From a virus (lineage: Duplodnaviria > Caudoviricetes), in the IMG/VR virus record IMGVR_UViG_2061766007_000015, positions 9,636 through 73,635 of that record: DNA of 64,000 nucleotides; one strand, written 5' to 3'. Position numbers and translations under genes: made by a program. Numbering within the stretch: position 1 is the stretch's first letter; the number at the start of each line of letters is the position of its first letter. Shown here in pieces: positions 10,542-19,207 of this stretch. The notes beneath the pieces were generated by a model. That model was given only the letters and a program-made list of their open reading frames with translations, was not told the origin of the DNA and made no database searches.

Positions 10542-10929
10542 ATTCAAATTCTGTGTAATCACTAAATCCGTTCACGTCAAGATTAAGGTTTATTGGTGGC
10601 TCTGTTCTCCTATTCCATGCTTCGATTGCTTCTTCTTCTGTAGAAAAAAGTCTGCTTTCTACTTTAACCATCGGTTCATCGAACCCCTCACATATATGCA
10701 TGAATCCATGTACAGAGTTATCTCTCTCAGAATACATCTGTACTTTTTTACTTCCACAAAAAGGGCATGGTTTTAATTCTGTCATCCTTCCTTCGCTTTC
10801 TGTCCTTTGCTTTTCAAAACATTCGTCGGTACAAAGCACATAAGGCTTCTTGTCGATACGAACAGTAACAGGCTTGTCAATGAACAACGTTGCTACATCA
10901 TCTTGGTTTAAAACAATAAATTCAGTCAT
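10540..10929 (-). CDS. Lar-like restriction-alleviation domain fused to an N-terminal module
   Basis: Internal MTELKPCPFCGS...HICE...EEEAIEAWNRR. Confidence 0.65.
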   Translation of the reverse strand: MTEFIVLNQDDVATLFIDKPVTVRIDKKPYVLCTDECFEKQRTESEGRMTELKPCPFCGSKKVQMYSERDNSVHGFMHICEGFDEPMVKVESRLFSTEEEAIEAWNRRTEPPINLNLDVNGFSDYTEFE

Positions 10930-12030
10930 TCCTTGTCTCCTCTCAAAATATCCTGGATTACATCTAATCTGCCTATATCGGCAAACTTCTTTATGAGTTT
11001 CAAGTTGGTGTTTGCTTCGCTCAAATCTGCTGTTAAGTTATTCAACTTGGCCAGAATAATAAAGTGTAGAATCTCGTATACATCTTCTACCAAATCATTC
11101 TTAACGGCTAACGTTGCGATTTCTTCTTTGGTCATTCTTCATCCTCGCTATCTGCTTCATCATCAGGTATCATGATGTATCTTTCGGGCGGTGCAATTAC
11201 TTCCATTTCGTCCTCTTCGATAAATTCCTCTGCAAATGTATCGTATATTTTCATTTTTTCTCACCTCCTACTTCAATCCAATTTCGTTTAAACTCGTCCT
11301 TGGATATGTCGATTGATACACTCTTGTTTGTTAAGTGAACAATACTTCCTGTTTCGTGTAAAAGTGTCCATCTGCTTTGTGGGTGACACCAAATATGTGC
11401 CGTATAAAATGTTCCATAAGCGTACATTATCTGTGTTTTTGGTCTATACTTCTTCATTCTTCGCCACATCTCCTTCAAACAGTTTGTCAAAATCTTTTTT
11501 CCACATAACTTCTACGATTAATTCACCATCACCGCAGAGCATTGTCTGTAAGATAACGATTGGTTCAAGAACTTTCCAACCATTGTCTTTGTGATGTAAA
11601 TACTGCGGGTCTTTAGAAAAAATATCATCTGCCAAGTTGCTTCGTATATGGAGACGAATAAAGAAAGAATCTCTATAACTCTTTATAAGTGTTCCACTAA
11701 CTGCGTTTATATTTACTTTGTTATTGGCTTCATAAGTATTAAACATTTTCGTTACCACTCCAATCTGCACTTGCCTTCAACTAATTTCCTAGCAACATCA
11801 ATTGCTGTATGTTTATTTATCTGGTATTTATTCTCGACTTCAATTGTTTTGTCAGGTACAAGGTCATCCCCAAGCCATCCAAGATGGTCATACCCTCTAT
11901 CCACTCTCTGCCAAGTCACTACAGAAGTTTCTTTAACAATGTAGGTTCTACCTTGTAGATTCTTTCTGTAAAAATCGAGCCATTCTTCTATGGCGGCTTT
12001 ATCAACTGGTTGACTAATATTTACTCTCAT
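10926..12030 (-). CDS. Small hypothetical genes (10926-11135, acidic 40-aa ORF 11132-11254, 11251-11490, 11444-11770, 11752-12030)
   Basis: ORF track plus hand translation; promoter at 12068-12100. Confidence 0.45.
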
Positions 12031-12093
12031 AATAGTTCACTCCTTCTTGCTTTCATCTTACAATAACATTATACAACGTGTTTAAGATAAAAG

Positions 12094-12128
12094 CAACAGG
12101 CAAGACAAATCTTAGTATCTTGCCTGTT
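12094..12128 (-). terminator. Intrinsic terminator after the tRNA cluster, abutting the next -35 box
   Basis: AACAGGCAAGA / TCTTGCCTGTT inverted repeat; on the minus strand it is followed by GCTTTT. Confidence 0.6.
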
Positions 12129-12135
12129 AGTTAAA

Positions 12136-12270
12136 TCGGTGAGATGGGATTTGAACCCACAAATATCTGATAAGTACTTCTATATCCGGACTCTATTTTC
12201 CTCGTCATCGATACATTACTGAGTTTAACCGGTTCTCAGTAAACGACTCTACCTCTTCGTCCACTCACCT
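12136..12270 (-). ncRNA. 135-nt tRNA-like RNA with no canonical anticodon arm and a duplicated D arm
   Basis: Acceptor GGTGAG/CTCACC, D arm GAC-GAAGAGGTAGA-GTC, T arm GTGGG-TTCAAAT-CCCAT. Confidence 0.6.
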
Positions 12271-12272
12271 AG

Positions 12273-12344
12273 CGGGAACAGAAGGATTCGAACCTTCAAC
12301 CAGACGATTAACAGCCGCCTGCTCTACCATTGGGCTATGTTCCC
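12273..12344 (-). tRNA. tRNA-Asn(GTT); CCA not encoded
   Basis: Full cloverleaf: GGGAACA/TGTTCCC, anticodon loop CT-GTT-AA, T loop TTCGAAT. Confidence 0.92.
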
Positions 12345-12490
12345 TGGTCGGTTTAAGTAACCGAAACTGCACATCTTCCGAATTTGGCCTGCTCGTATAT
12401 TAAGACAATCCTTTGAACTTACCGTTTGCACGGCTGTTCGTCTTAATATCTTACACTGGGTCACGGTAACATTTGCTCTCTAACCCTCGC
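12345..12490 (-). ncRNA. Structured RNA candidate between tRNA genes
   Basis: 10-bp stem 12397-12406/12440-12449 enclosing GAAC/GTTC and CCGT-GCAA-ACGG (GNRA tetraloop). Confidence 0.45.
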
Positions 12491-12579
12491 TGAGAACAAA
12501 AGGACTCGAACCTTTGTCTGGACTATCCATCGATATCTTCGGATTTCAAGTCGTATTTTACCAATTAAACTATGTTCTC
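12491..12579 (-). tRNA. Aberrant tRNA, possibly Ser(TGA), with long variable arm
   Basis: Perfect GAGAACA/TGTTCTC acceptor and AAAGG-TTCGAGT-CCTTT T arm; anticodon stem irregular. Confidence 0.55.
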
Positions 12580-12582
12580 GGG

Positions 12583-12671
12583 CACCCCGTAGTGGACTTG
12601 AACCACGATATGGCCATACTGAGTTTGTCTGTTACTAAGACCAGCGTACTCGACTCTTGCGCTCACGGAAT
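12583..12671 (-). tRNA. Aberrant tRNA, Leu(TAG)-like
   Basis: Loop CT-TAG-TA, bulged anticodon stem, long variable arm, GTGG-TTCAAGT-CCAC, wobble-rich acceptor. Confidence 0.5.
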
Positions 12672-12770
12672 CTATGGTTTCTTTTCACATTACACTATAC
12701 GGGGTATATTAATTTTTAAATTTGTCGGTCTCTCACAAACAGTTTATCAACTGCGGCACATCTCGACTAC

Positions 12771-12971
12771 TACCTTGGGTGAGGATTCGCACCTCACATG
12801 GACTTCATTGACGGACGTGGCACTCATTAACTGAGGACTTGCTCTATTCTCTACGTCAATGATTGATTGGTGGAGGCGTACTATCTGCTTTACCCACGTT
12901 TTTTATGAGCCTACAACACGCACCATTTCCTATTAGCGATATTTAGCGTCTACCTATTCCGCCACCAAGGT
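12771..12971 (-). ncRNA. 201-nt tRNA-Leu-like RNA with a ~147-nt insert replacing the anticodon and variable arms
   Basis: ACCTTGG/CCAAGGT acceptor, GGCGGAATAGGTAGACGC D arm, GTGAGG-TGCGAAT-CCTCAC T arm. Confidence 0.65.
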
Positions 12972-13073
12972 ACTGTCTTTCATAAAAGGAGTCAATATAT
13001 GTCGTGAAGCGTATCATTCTCGTTCACTTCACAATAACATTATACTAAATATTTACTGATATTGCAACAGGTA

Positions 13074-14114
13074 CTACATGTTCATCTGCTCGTTAAGATA
13101 ATCCTCAATCATGGTAAGAACTTCGCTATTGGTATCATCATCGAAGAACTCTCTTACACTTGCCTGTCCCTGCAACTTTGCAATCTGTTCTCCTGTTGTG
13201 GGATTTATGATTGCGAACCATGCACCGCTCTTATCTACAGCGCCATATTTAATTGCAAGGTCTACTAAGTCGGCTATGTAGTCTACGCCGTAATCATAAG
13301 TAAGTGTATAGTATCCTGTTCTTCTTGTAGGCGGACAAGTCTTATTCTTCTCCATCGATACTGAAACTAAATTGCCTGCAGGTGATTCTGAACTTCTCTT
13401 TATCTCGTTGCCCTTATCATCAATGAATGAACCACGGGAGAATCTGAGTCGTACAGAGCAAGCATGTTTCCATGCTCTACCACCGGGAGTCTTTACTGCA
13501 CCTGCCCACTGTGCGCTTAAGTCATCTCGTATCTGATTAATACCGATTAATGTGCATCTGTACTTATGACAAGCCATCTCTGCTTTGCCGCTAAATGCTG
13601 TAAGTGCCTGAGATATACCTGCGTAGGTCTTATCTTCTACAGTCTTTTCCATAGCCTGCTGAGATACTAACATACCAATGCTATCGAGCACTACTAATCC
13701 AATCTCGCCTGTTTCAATCATATCCAAGATGAACTGGAATATTTCTTCGGCTGAATGTGATGTGGGCTTAAATACAATCATGTTGTCTACATCGACACCA
13801 AGTTTTCTTGCCCACTCAACATCTAATGTATTCTCTGCATCAACGTACAATACCTTCTTAGCATCGGGTAATGCCTGATAGTTGGCTATGATATCGAGTG
13901 CTGTCGTAGTCTTACCACCATGCTCTTCACCATAAAACTCAATGAGTTTGCCTATAGGAAGTCCACCGAATGTCATGTAGTTAAGTCTTGGACTAGTAAA
14001 CGGTATACGGTCAAAGTTATAGTCAGTAATACCTATCTGCACTACTTCTTCCATAGACTTTTTGTTCATGGCTTTCATTACTTCGTCTAAAGTCAGTTTC
14101 TTATCTGCCATCAT
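13074..14114 (-). CDS. recA: RecA-family recombinase
   Basis: GGLPIGKLIEFYGEEHGGKTT, YVDAENTLD, GINQIRD, TPGGRAWKH, KSGAWF. Confidence 0.95.
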   Translation of the reverse strand: MMADKKLTLDEVMKAMNKKSMEEVVQIGITDYNFDRIPFTSPRLNYMTFGGLPIGKLIEFYGEEHGGKTTTALDIIANYQALPDAKKVLYVDAENTLDVEWARKLGVDVDNMIVFKPTSHSAEEIFQFILDMIETGEIGLVVLDSIGMLVSQQAMEKTVEDKTYAGISQALTAFSGKAEMACHKYRCTLIGINQIRDDLSAQWAGAVKTPGGRAWKHACSVRLRFSRGSFIDDKGNEIKRSSESPAGNLVSVSMEKNKTCPPTRRTGYYTLTYDYGVDYIADLVDLAIKYGAVDKSGAWFAIINPTTGEQIAKLQGQASVREFFDDDTNSEVLTMIEDYLNEQMNM

Positions 14115-14677
14115 TTCTCTCCTTTATAGCAAAAATACATTCCTTCAAATGCTTCATATAAACCATCGCCCTGCTCAAAATTAGCCTGATATACTACATT
14201 CTCGGGTATTTGTGAACCGTGTGTCAGTAAGTACTTTGCACAATTATAGGCTCTCTCGTTGTACTCATAGTCAATCATACCATTCCATGTACAACTGTAT
14301 TGACCTTTCTGATACACGACTGCGGGTAATGTGTCGGGATAATCTTTGTGTTTCACACGATTCAATACTACACTGCCTACATACAATTGAAGTTTATCTG
14401 AGCACCAGTCACTTCCTGCTTCTGCGTATATCAGATGTGCCAGCAACTCACACTCGTACTCATCTATAATAATCTTTGGCGGTACTACTATGTGTACTAC
14501 ACAGGTTACATTTATAACAGGCTCTTCAGGTTCTACTTCAACTAATGGTTGCTCTTCTAAGACAATAGGCTCAGAAACAATCTCATCACCTCTATGTGAT
14601 TCTAAAATTGCCACAACCGAGAGAAGTATAAGTGAACCTATGGTTATAATGCCTTCAATTAATTTTCGGACACTCAT
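14111..14677 (-). CDS. SleB/CwlJ-type cell wall hydrolase with N-terminal membrane anchor
   Basis: LAHLIYAEAG...VGSVVLNRV...YPDTL..VVYQKGQYS. Confidence 0.85.
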   Translation of the reverse strand: MSVRKLIEGIITIGSLILLSVVAILESHRGDEIVSEPIVLEEQPLVEVEPEEPVINVTCVVHIVVPPKIIIDEYECELLAHLIYAEAGSDWCSDKLQLYVGSVVLNRVKHKDYPDTLPAVVYQKGQYSCTWNGMIDYEYNERAYNCAKYLLTHGSQIPENVVYQANFEQGDGLYEAFEGMYFCYKGEK

Positions 14678-15204
14678 CGTCCACTACCGCCCATGCGTGT
14701 AAGTTCCATGTTAGCAAGTCTACGTGAAAGTACTTTCTTACAACTGCTTAACAATTCCTGTGCCGCTTCTACTTTAGCCTTTACTGTTTTGTAGGCTCTT
14801 GCATAGCATATAGCCACCACGTTCTCTTTCTGAGCCTCAAGTTCCGCAAGTGAGTTTTTATCTGCTACTGTACCTTCATCAATATTGGAACGAACTGTAT
14901 GGTACATCTCTTTGTAGACTGCCTCAGCAATATCATCTCTTATGCCGAGTCTCTCACACATACCGCTTGCGAAGTAAATGTACGTAGACAGATTCATTAC
15001 AAAATCATCCAACTCTACATCAGTAGGTGGATTCTGACCGTCAGCAAGTAGGCCACGGATAAAATCAACATAGTTATCCAAATCCTTAGTGTAATCTGAT
15101 ATGATGCTGTCTACGATTTCATCCATCTGTTTTGAATTGGCTTCTACTCTTGCCTTTATACCGTCAATCTCTTTTAGGTCTTCCGTATCGAACTGAAATT
15201 TCAT
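14674..15204 (-). CDS. Helical protein, possibly a UvsY-like recombination mediator
   Basis: All-helical, GTVADK motif, position next to recA. Confidence 0.45.
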   Translation of the reverse strand: MKFQFDTEDLKEIDGIKARVEANSKQMDEIVDSIISDYTKDLDNYVDFIRGLLADGQNPPTDVELDDFVMNLSTYIYFASGMCERLGIRDDIAEAVYKEMYHTVRSNIDEGTVADKNSLAELEAQKENVVAICYARAYKTVKAKVEAAQELLSSCKKVLSRRLANMELTRMGGSGR

Positions 15205-15766
15205 CTAAAAATGCCTCCATATCATAGTCAAAGAACACACGCTTCTTAGTGCCAGGTATTTCAATAAGTGGATTGTATTCGTCATATTCCAAAATCCTTA
15301 TAACACCCTTATCAAATTTGGGATACTTACGCATAGAATACTCGGTATCATAACGAATACTTTTAATATCTGTCCATTCCCGTAAATGGTCTAAGAACTG
15401 AATTGGTATGAACTTTGTAACATCTTTATCTACCCACCAACACAGTACGCCAGCAATTACACCAGGCACTTTAGACTTCTCTAAAAGTCCTGTCCACTGC
15501 GTATCTGTAATGTTGCCATAAAAACCATGAAGTACGCCACGCTTATCAGGCTTAGGATTACTGTGAATACTTAGAGTGTTACCGTGTACAGATTTACACT
15601 CGATATGATATTCTAATGGCTCTCTGTATACAATGAAGTCGCAGTGGTTGGTACTTCCTATATAGCCAGTAGTCTGGTCGTGCAGTCTGACGATACTTGT
15701 GTTCGGTACTTTTTCAAATGCCGCTTCTACAACATCCTCAAATTGTTTACCTCTATTTACTGCCAT
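15164..15766 (-). CDS. recU: RecU-family Holliday junction resolvase
   Basis: NRGKQFE, CDFIVY, HIECKS. Confidence 0.75.
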   Translation of the reverse strand: MAVNRGKQFEDVVEAAFEKVPNTSIVRLHDQTTGYIGSTNHCDFIVYREPLEYHIECKSVHGNTLSIHSNPKPDKRGVLHGFYGNITDTQWTGLLEKSKVPGVIAGVLCWWVDKDVTKFIPIQFLDHLREWTDIKSIRYDTEYSMRKYPKFDKGVIRILEYDEYNPLIEIPGTKKRVFFDYDMEAFLDEISVRYGRPKRD

Positions 15767-15945
15767 TAGTTTACTCCATATTCTTCCATCAACTCATCGT
15801 AATGGTCCATAACGTAAAAGCAATTCTCCTTAGTAAGACCTGTGCGAGATAAAGCACACACCATGGTTAAGTCAAACATGTTGGTTCTCCCGCTCTTCTG
15901 GATTCTTACATAATCTTTAAACTGCTCACTTGTAGGTTTATTCAT
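15766..15945 (-). CDS. 59-aa DUF5049-like protein (not in the track)
   Basis: Hand translation ...DYVRIQKSGRTNMFD... Confidence 0.5.
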   Translation of the reverse strand: MNKPTSEQFKDYVRIQKSGRTNMFDLTMVCALSRTGLTKENCFYVMDHYDELMEEYGVN

Positions 15946-16001
15946 TTCCGGTTCTCCTTTAGTCTCCTAGTAATGCACAAAGTAAAATTCTCAGGATAAG
16001 T

Positions 16002-16799
16002 CTAATCATTATCGCACCTCCATTTGTAGCCACAGTACGTGCAGGCCCTTGCAGGTAAATTAGGCTTAGGCGGTACTTCATCTTTCTGCACATAACTGTC
16101 TACCGCTTTGATATTGTTTACGAGTTCCTCTCTCATAGCATCCGTCACATGAAACATGTAGGGCTTCATATCAAGTATATCTCGGTTGATGTAAATAAAG
16201 ATTACATCATCTATGCCAAACTCATGTGAGTACGCTGTGCCTTGATTATGATGCTTAGGGTCTACATCACTTCGGCTATTAAACTTAAAACTTGCCTCAG
16301 TCTTTAACTCTAAGATATAATATTTATCCTTGTACCTGATTATACCGTCGCATAAGAAACTCATGTTAAGGTTTTTATCGTACAACTTGGTTTCGTAATC
16401 TGTATGCTCAAAGTCAGGCTCTTTTACTACATCCAGATAATCGAGATTTCGGCTTCTGACATAATCAGATACCTTAATATACTCACAGTCGAATCCGTTC
16501 TCTTTCATATCAAGAACTGCCTGCTGTATACGCTGGTGAATATCTGAACCGCTGTTACAAATACCTACACTTGTATAAGTCTGACTCTCTTGAGGCTCTA
16601 CACCTTTAACCTGATAGTACATGTTTCTTGGACAATTCATACTACTAGGCTTGTATGTCTGAGAAGGTAATCTCTTATTCTTCTCCGCTGTCAATTCGAT
16701 ACTGCGCTTCAAATCGGCTAAGAACGACTGCTCTACAGGTAATTGACTGTTGGCTTCATCAACCATTCTCAGTACTGATTTTAAACTCTGTCTACCCAT
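16002..16799 (-). CDS. PD-(D/E)xK (Cas4-like) exonuclease
   Basis: KPSSMNCPR, GSDIHQ, CDGII, ELKT, Q...Y, CTYCGY. Confidence 0.8.
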   Translation of the reverse strand: MGRQSLKSVLRMVDEANSQLPVEQSFLADLKRSIELTAEKNKRLPSQTYKPSSMNCPRNMYYQVKGVEPQESQTYTSVGICNSGSDIHQRIQQAVLDMKENGFDCEYIKVSDYVRSRNLDYLDVVKEPDFEHTDYETKLYDKNLNMSFLCDGIIRYKDKYYILELKTEASFKFNSRSDVDPKHHNQGTAYSHEFGIDDVIFIYINRDILDMKPYMFHVTDAMREELVNNIKAVDSYVQKDEVPPKPNLPARACTYCGYKWRCDND

Positions 16800-16885
16800 A
16801 TGTTATCTCACTTTCTATAAACATTATAGCACATATTTTAAAGAAATCAACGGGAGCAACACACTACATGTTGCTCCCACATTGA

Positions 16886-17965
16886 TTATTCGTTAAACAG
16901 ACCAAGCACCTGAACTGTAATGCCGTCTACAAGTTTAAGTGTATTTTCTGTACCGTACTGAATGGTTACTTCGTCTACAGAGTTAACTTTGACCTGAGTC
17001 TTGAACATCTCAACATCAATCATGCACTCAAAATTTGTTTCGCCGCCACTCATACAGTCAAGAACCTCAGAACCAACTGATTTCTTATTTTCCATAGTAA
17101 GCGAGCCACCACCGAATGTCAACTTAATGACATTACGGTCATAATCACCGACGAATACTGAAAGTCTGTCAAGTGCCTGCAGTAACTCATTCTTCTTGAC
17201 CGTACAAGTATTTGTAAACTCAGTATTCACAAGACTGGACACGAGGTCAACATCATACTCATCAGCGTTACCATCGGCTTTCGTAATAAGTCTGCAATCA
17301 GCAGTAGTAAATACCAGCTTATCATCTTCTCTTACATAGTCAATTAGGCCTTCCTGACCGTTTGGCATAAGTTCAAGTAAATCAACAGTTGCCGCACTTA
17401 ACAATACTGGCTCTTCTGCGAACTTCTTGTTAATGGAACAAATCTTTTCTCCGTCTGTACTGAAAATGCACTCGCCTGCGTAATATGATGTAAGAGCAAT
17501 TACGTTAGGGTCTGTACACAGAGCCGTCTTTGCTGTAGAAATCATGGTATTAATAAGACCTACTGATACCTTCTCAGGTGTAATGCCTTCCGGAACAGGA
17601 GGTGCAGTAAGTTTAACAAATGTGCCATCAACATCAAGCGGTAATTCAATCTTGTACTTACTCTTGCCGCCGAGTACTGTAAGACTGTCTGCTTCGATAT
17701 CCAATGTGATGTTCTCGCAGGTCATCTTAGAAATCAATTTTGCAAAACTGTCGGCTAATACTACTATGCTGAACGTGTCAGCAGTATCTACCGCTGTCGA
17801 TACCTGAAAGTAGTTTGTTGTGTCTGTGGTGGTCAAAACAAGTCTTTTACCTGCTAAGTCAATTGCCATAAGACTTGTGATGGGTAAAAGTTTGTTGTTT
17901 GATGAACCCTTTACTGCTTTTGCTACGAGTTCCTGAAATTTGGTAGTGTTAATTGTGAATTGCAT
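16886..17965 (-). CDS. dnaN: DNA polymerase III beta sliding clamp; start reset to MQFTIN
   Basis: KLLPITS, LVLTTTD, FSTDG, ELLQALDRL; ~360 aa; AAGGAGG RBS before 17965. Confidence 0.85.
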   Translation of the reverse strand: MQFTINTTKFQELVAKAVKGSSNNKLLPITSLMAIDLAGKRLVLTTTDTTNYFQVSTAVDTADTFSIVVLADSFAKLISKMTCENITLDIEADSLTVLGGKSKYKIELPLDVDGTFVKLTAPPVPEGITPEKVSVGLINTMISTAKTALCTDPNVIALTSYYAGECIFSTDGEKICSINKKFAEEPVLLSAATVDLLELMPNGQEGLIDYVREDDKLVFTTADCRLITKADGNADEYDVDLVSSLVNTEFTNTCTVKKNELLQALDRLSVFVGDYDRNVIKLTFGGGSLTMENKKSVGSEVLDCMSGGETNFECMIDVEMFKTQVKVNSVDEVTIQYGTENTLKLVDGITVQVLGLFNE

Positions 17966-18821
17966 TGTGTCCTCCTTTTGCATAGTTGCCACTTATTATT
18001 TTAGGTACTGCGTGTTCCCAATCTATTATGTGATGGTAACGCTTATTTGAAACGCCCATGGTTGCTACTTTAACACATGATGGGCAATTCATAACTGTGT
18101 AGAATGATTTAACATACGTACCGTTATCTAGATACGATTCAGTTAAACCGCCAGAAAATGCTTGTGTCGTACACTGGTCTAATGAGACATTTGCTGTAGT
18201 AAGAAATAGCTTTCCTCTACTGCCGTGCAACACATATGCGGTTGTATCTTCATTGATTCTGCCAATGAAATCAAATGGTCTATCCGTCTTACAAAAGAAC
18301 GAGTTCATGGCCTTTCGTGCAAGTTTCTTCTTCCACACATTGGAACCTTTGCCACCAATGAAATCACCTGTTTGGGCAAATGCTACAGTATGTGCTCCTG
18401 ATTTCTCAAGAAAGTTTATGTACACATCAATAATGGAATCTAAGTCTCGCACATAGATTGTACCAAACTTACCAGTCTCATCTTCATACCTGCAACGAAA
18501 CTCTTGGTAATCATCATCAAGTTCCAAGAAGTAAGTTAAGCCAAGTTCTTTTGCTATTCGATGACACTGATTACGTGCAAACAGTACTATGTTTCTTGCG
18601 GGGTTTAAGTCGCAAGTGTCACTGGTTTTTGAGGCTTCAAGTTTATCGAACTGTATGACTTTATCGCCATACAATCTTCTGTACTCATCTTCCTGTTTGT
18701 CCTCATTGTCAATGATGATATAGTACTTTCCTGTATAACCACATTTCTTTAACGAGTCTACGGTTACAACTCTATCTGCTCTGCCATGAGACAGAATGAA
18801 TACCGCAAAATCATTTCTCAT
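17949..18821 (-). CDS. GT-A glycosyltransferase, TAGT/GREB1-like (candidate DNA base glycosyltransferase)
   Basis: FILSHGRA, LDDDY, GRINED, RYHH...PKII. Confidence 0.8.
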   Translation of the reverse strand: MRNDFAVFILSHGRADRVVTVDSLKKCGYTGKYYIIIDNEDKQEDEYRRLYGDKVIQFDKLEASKTSDTCDLNPARNIVLFARNQCHRIAKELGLTYFLELDDDYQEFRCRYEDETGKFGTIYVRDLDSIIDVYINFLEKSGAHTVAFAQTGDFIGGKGSNVWKKKLARKAMNSFFCKTDRPFDFIGRINEDTTAYVLHGSRGKLFLTTANVSLDQCTTQAFSGGLTESYLDNGTYVKSFYTVMNCPSCVKVATMGVSNKRYHHIIDWEHAVPKIISGNYAKGGHNAIHN

Positions 18822-19207
18822 TTTGTCTTTTCCCCGCTAGTCCGCATAATCTCGTCAATGTCTTTGGACAACTGTATGTAGCCGTTTGCTATTGCATCGT
18901 CAATGTCGATAAGCACCAACGCACTCTTCTCCATTAAATTCTGCATTTCTTCCCCGGCATGCGCATAGTAATCGGCAATCTTGGCATAATTAAATACGAT
19001 ATGTCTTGTTGCCGCAAGTCGTAAAAACTGCTTCTCTTTCTCCGACACATTTGAGTCATTGATTTCCTTTAACAACTGTGAATACTTACCATACTGATAA
19101 AGAGACTCAATAGGTGGTGCTACTGCACTTGGCTCATACTGCGGTATTGCTGACTTCTTGGTGTAAATGTTCTCTTTTGCAGTTTGCTTGACGTTAAATA
19201 ATGCCAT
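18818..19207 (-). CDS. Small protein between the two glycosyltransferases; start reset to MALFNV
   Basis: YTKK...YEP...FLRLAATRH..FNY.KIADYYAH; strong RBS before 19207. Confidence 0.7.
   Translation of the reverse strand: MALFNVKQTAKENIYTKKSAIPQYEPSAVAPPIESLYQYGKYSQLLKEINDSNVSEKEKQFLRLAATRHIVFNYAKIADYYAHAGEEMQNLMEKSALVLIDIDDAIANGYIQLSKDIDEIMRTSGEKTK

Noticed and set aside
12345-12490. RNase P or known riboswitch call for the spacer RNA
   Set aside because: Only short look-alike words (AGAGAGCAAA, GAGCAGGCCAAA); too short, and the conserved P4 core is not evident.
12771-12971. tmRNA call for the 201-nt element
   Set aside because: It has a paired D stem, no G3-U70 alanine determinant and no evident pseudoknot series, and it is short for a tmRNA.
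16002-16799. CRISPR-Cas system suggested by the Cas4-like nuclease
   Set aside because: No cas1/cas2 and no repeat-spacer array in the window; stand-alone Cas4-like exonucleases are routine in phage replication modules.
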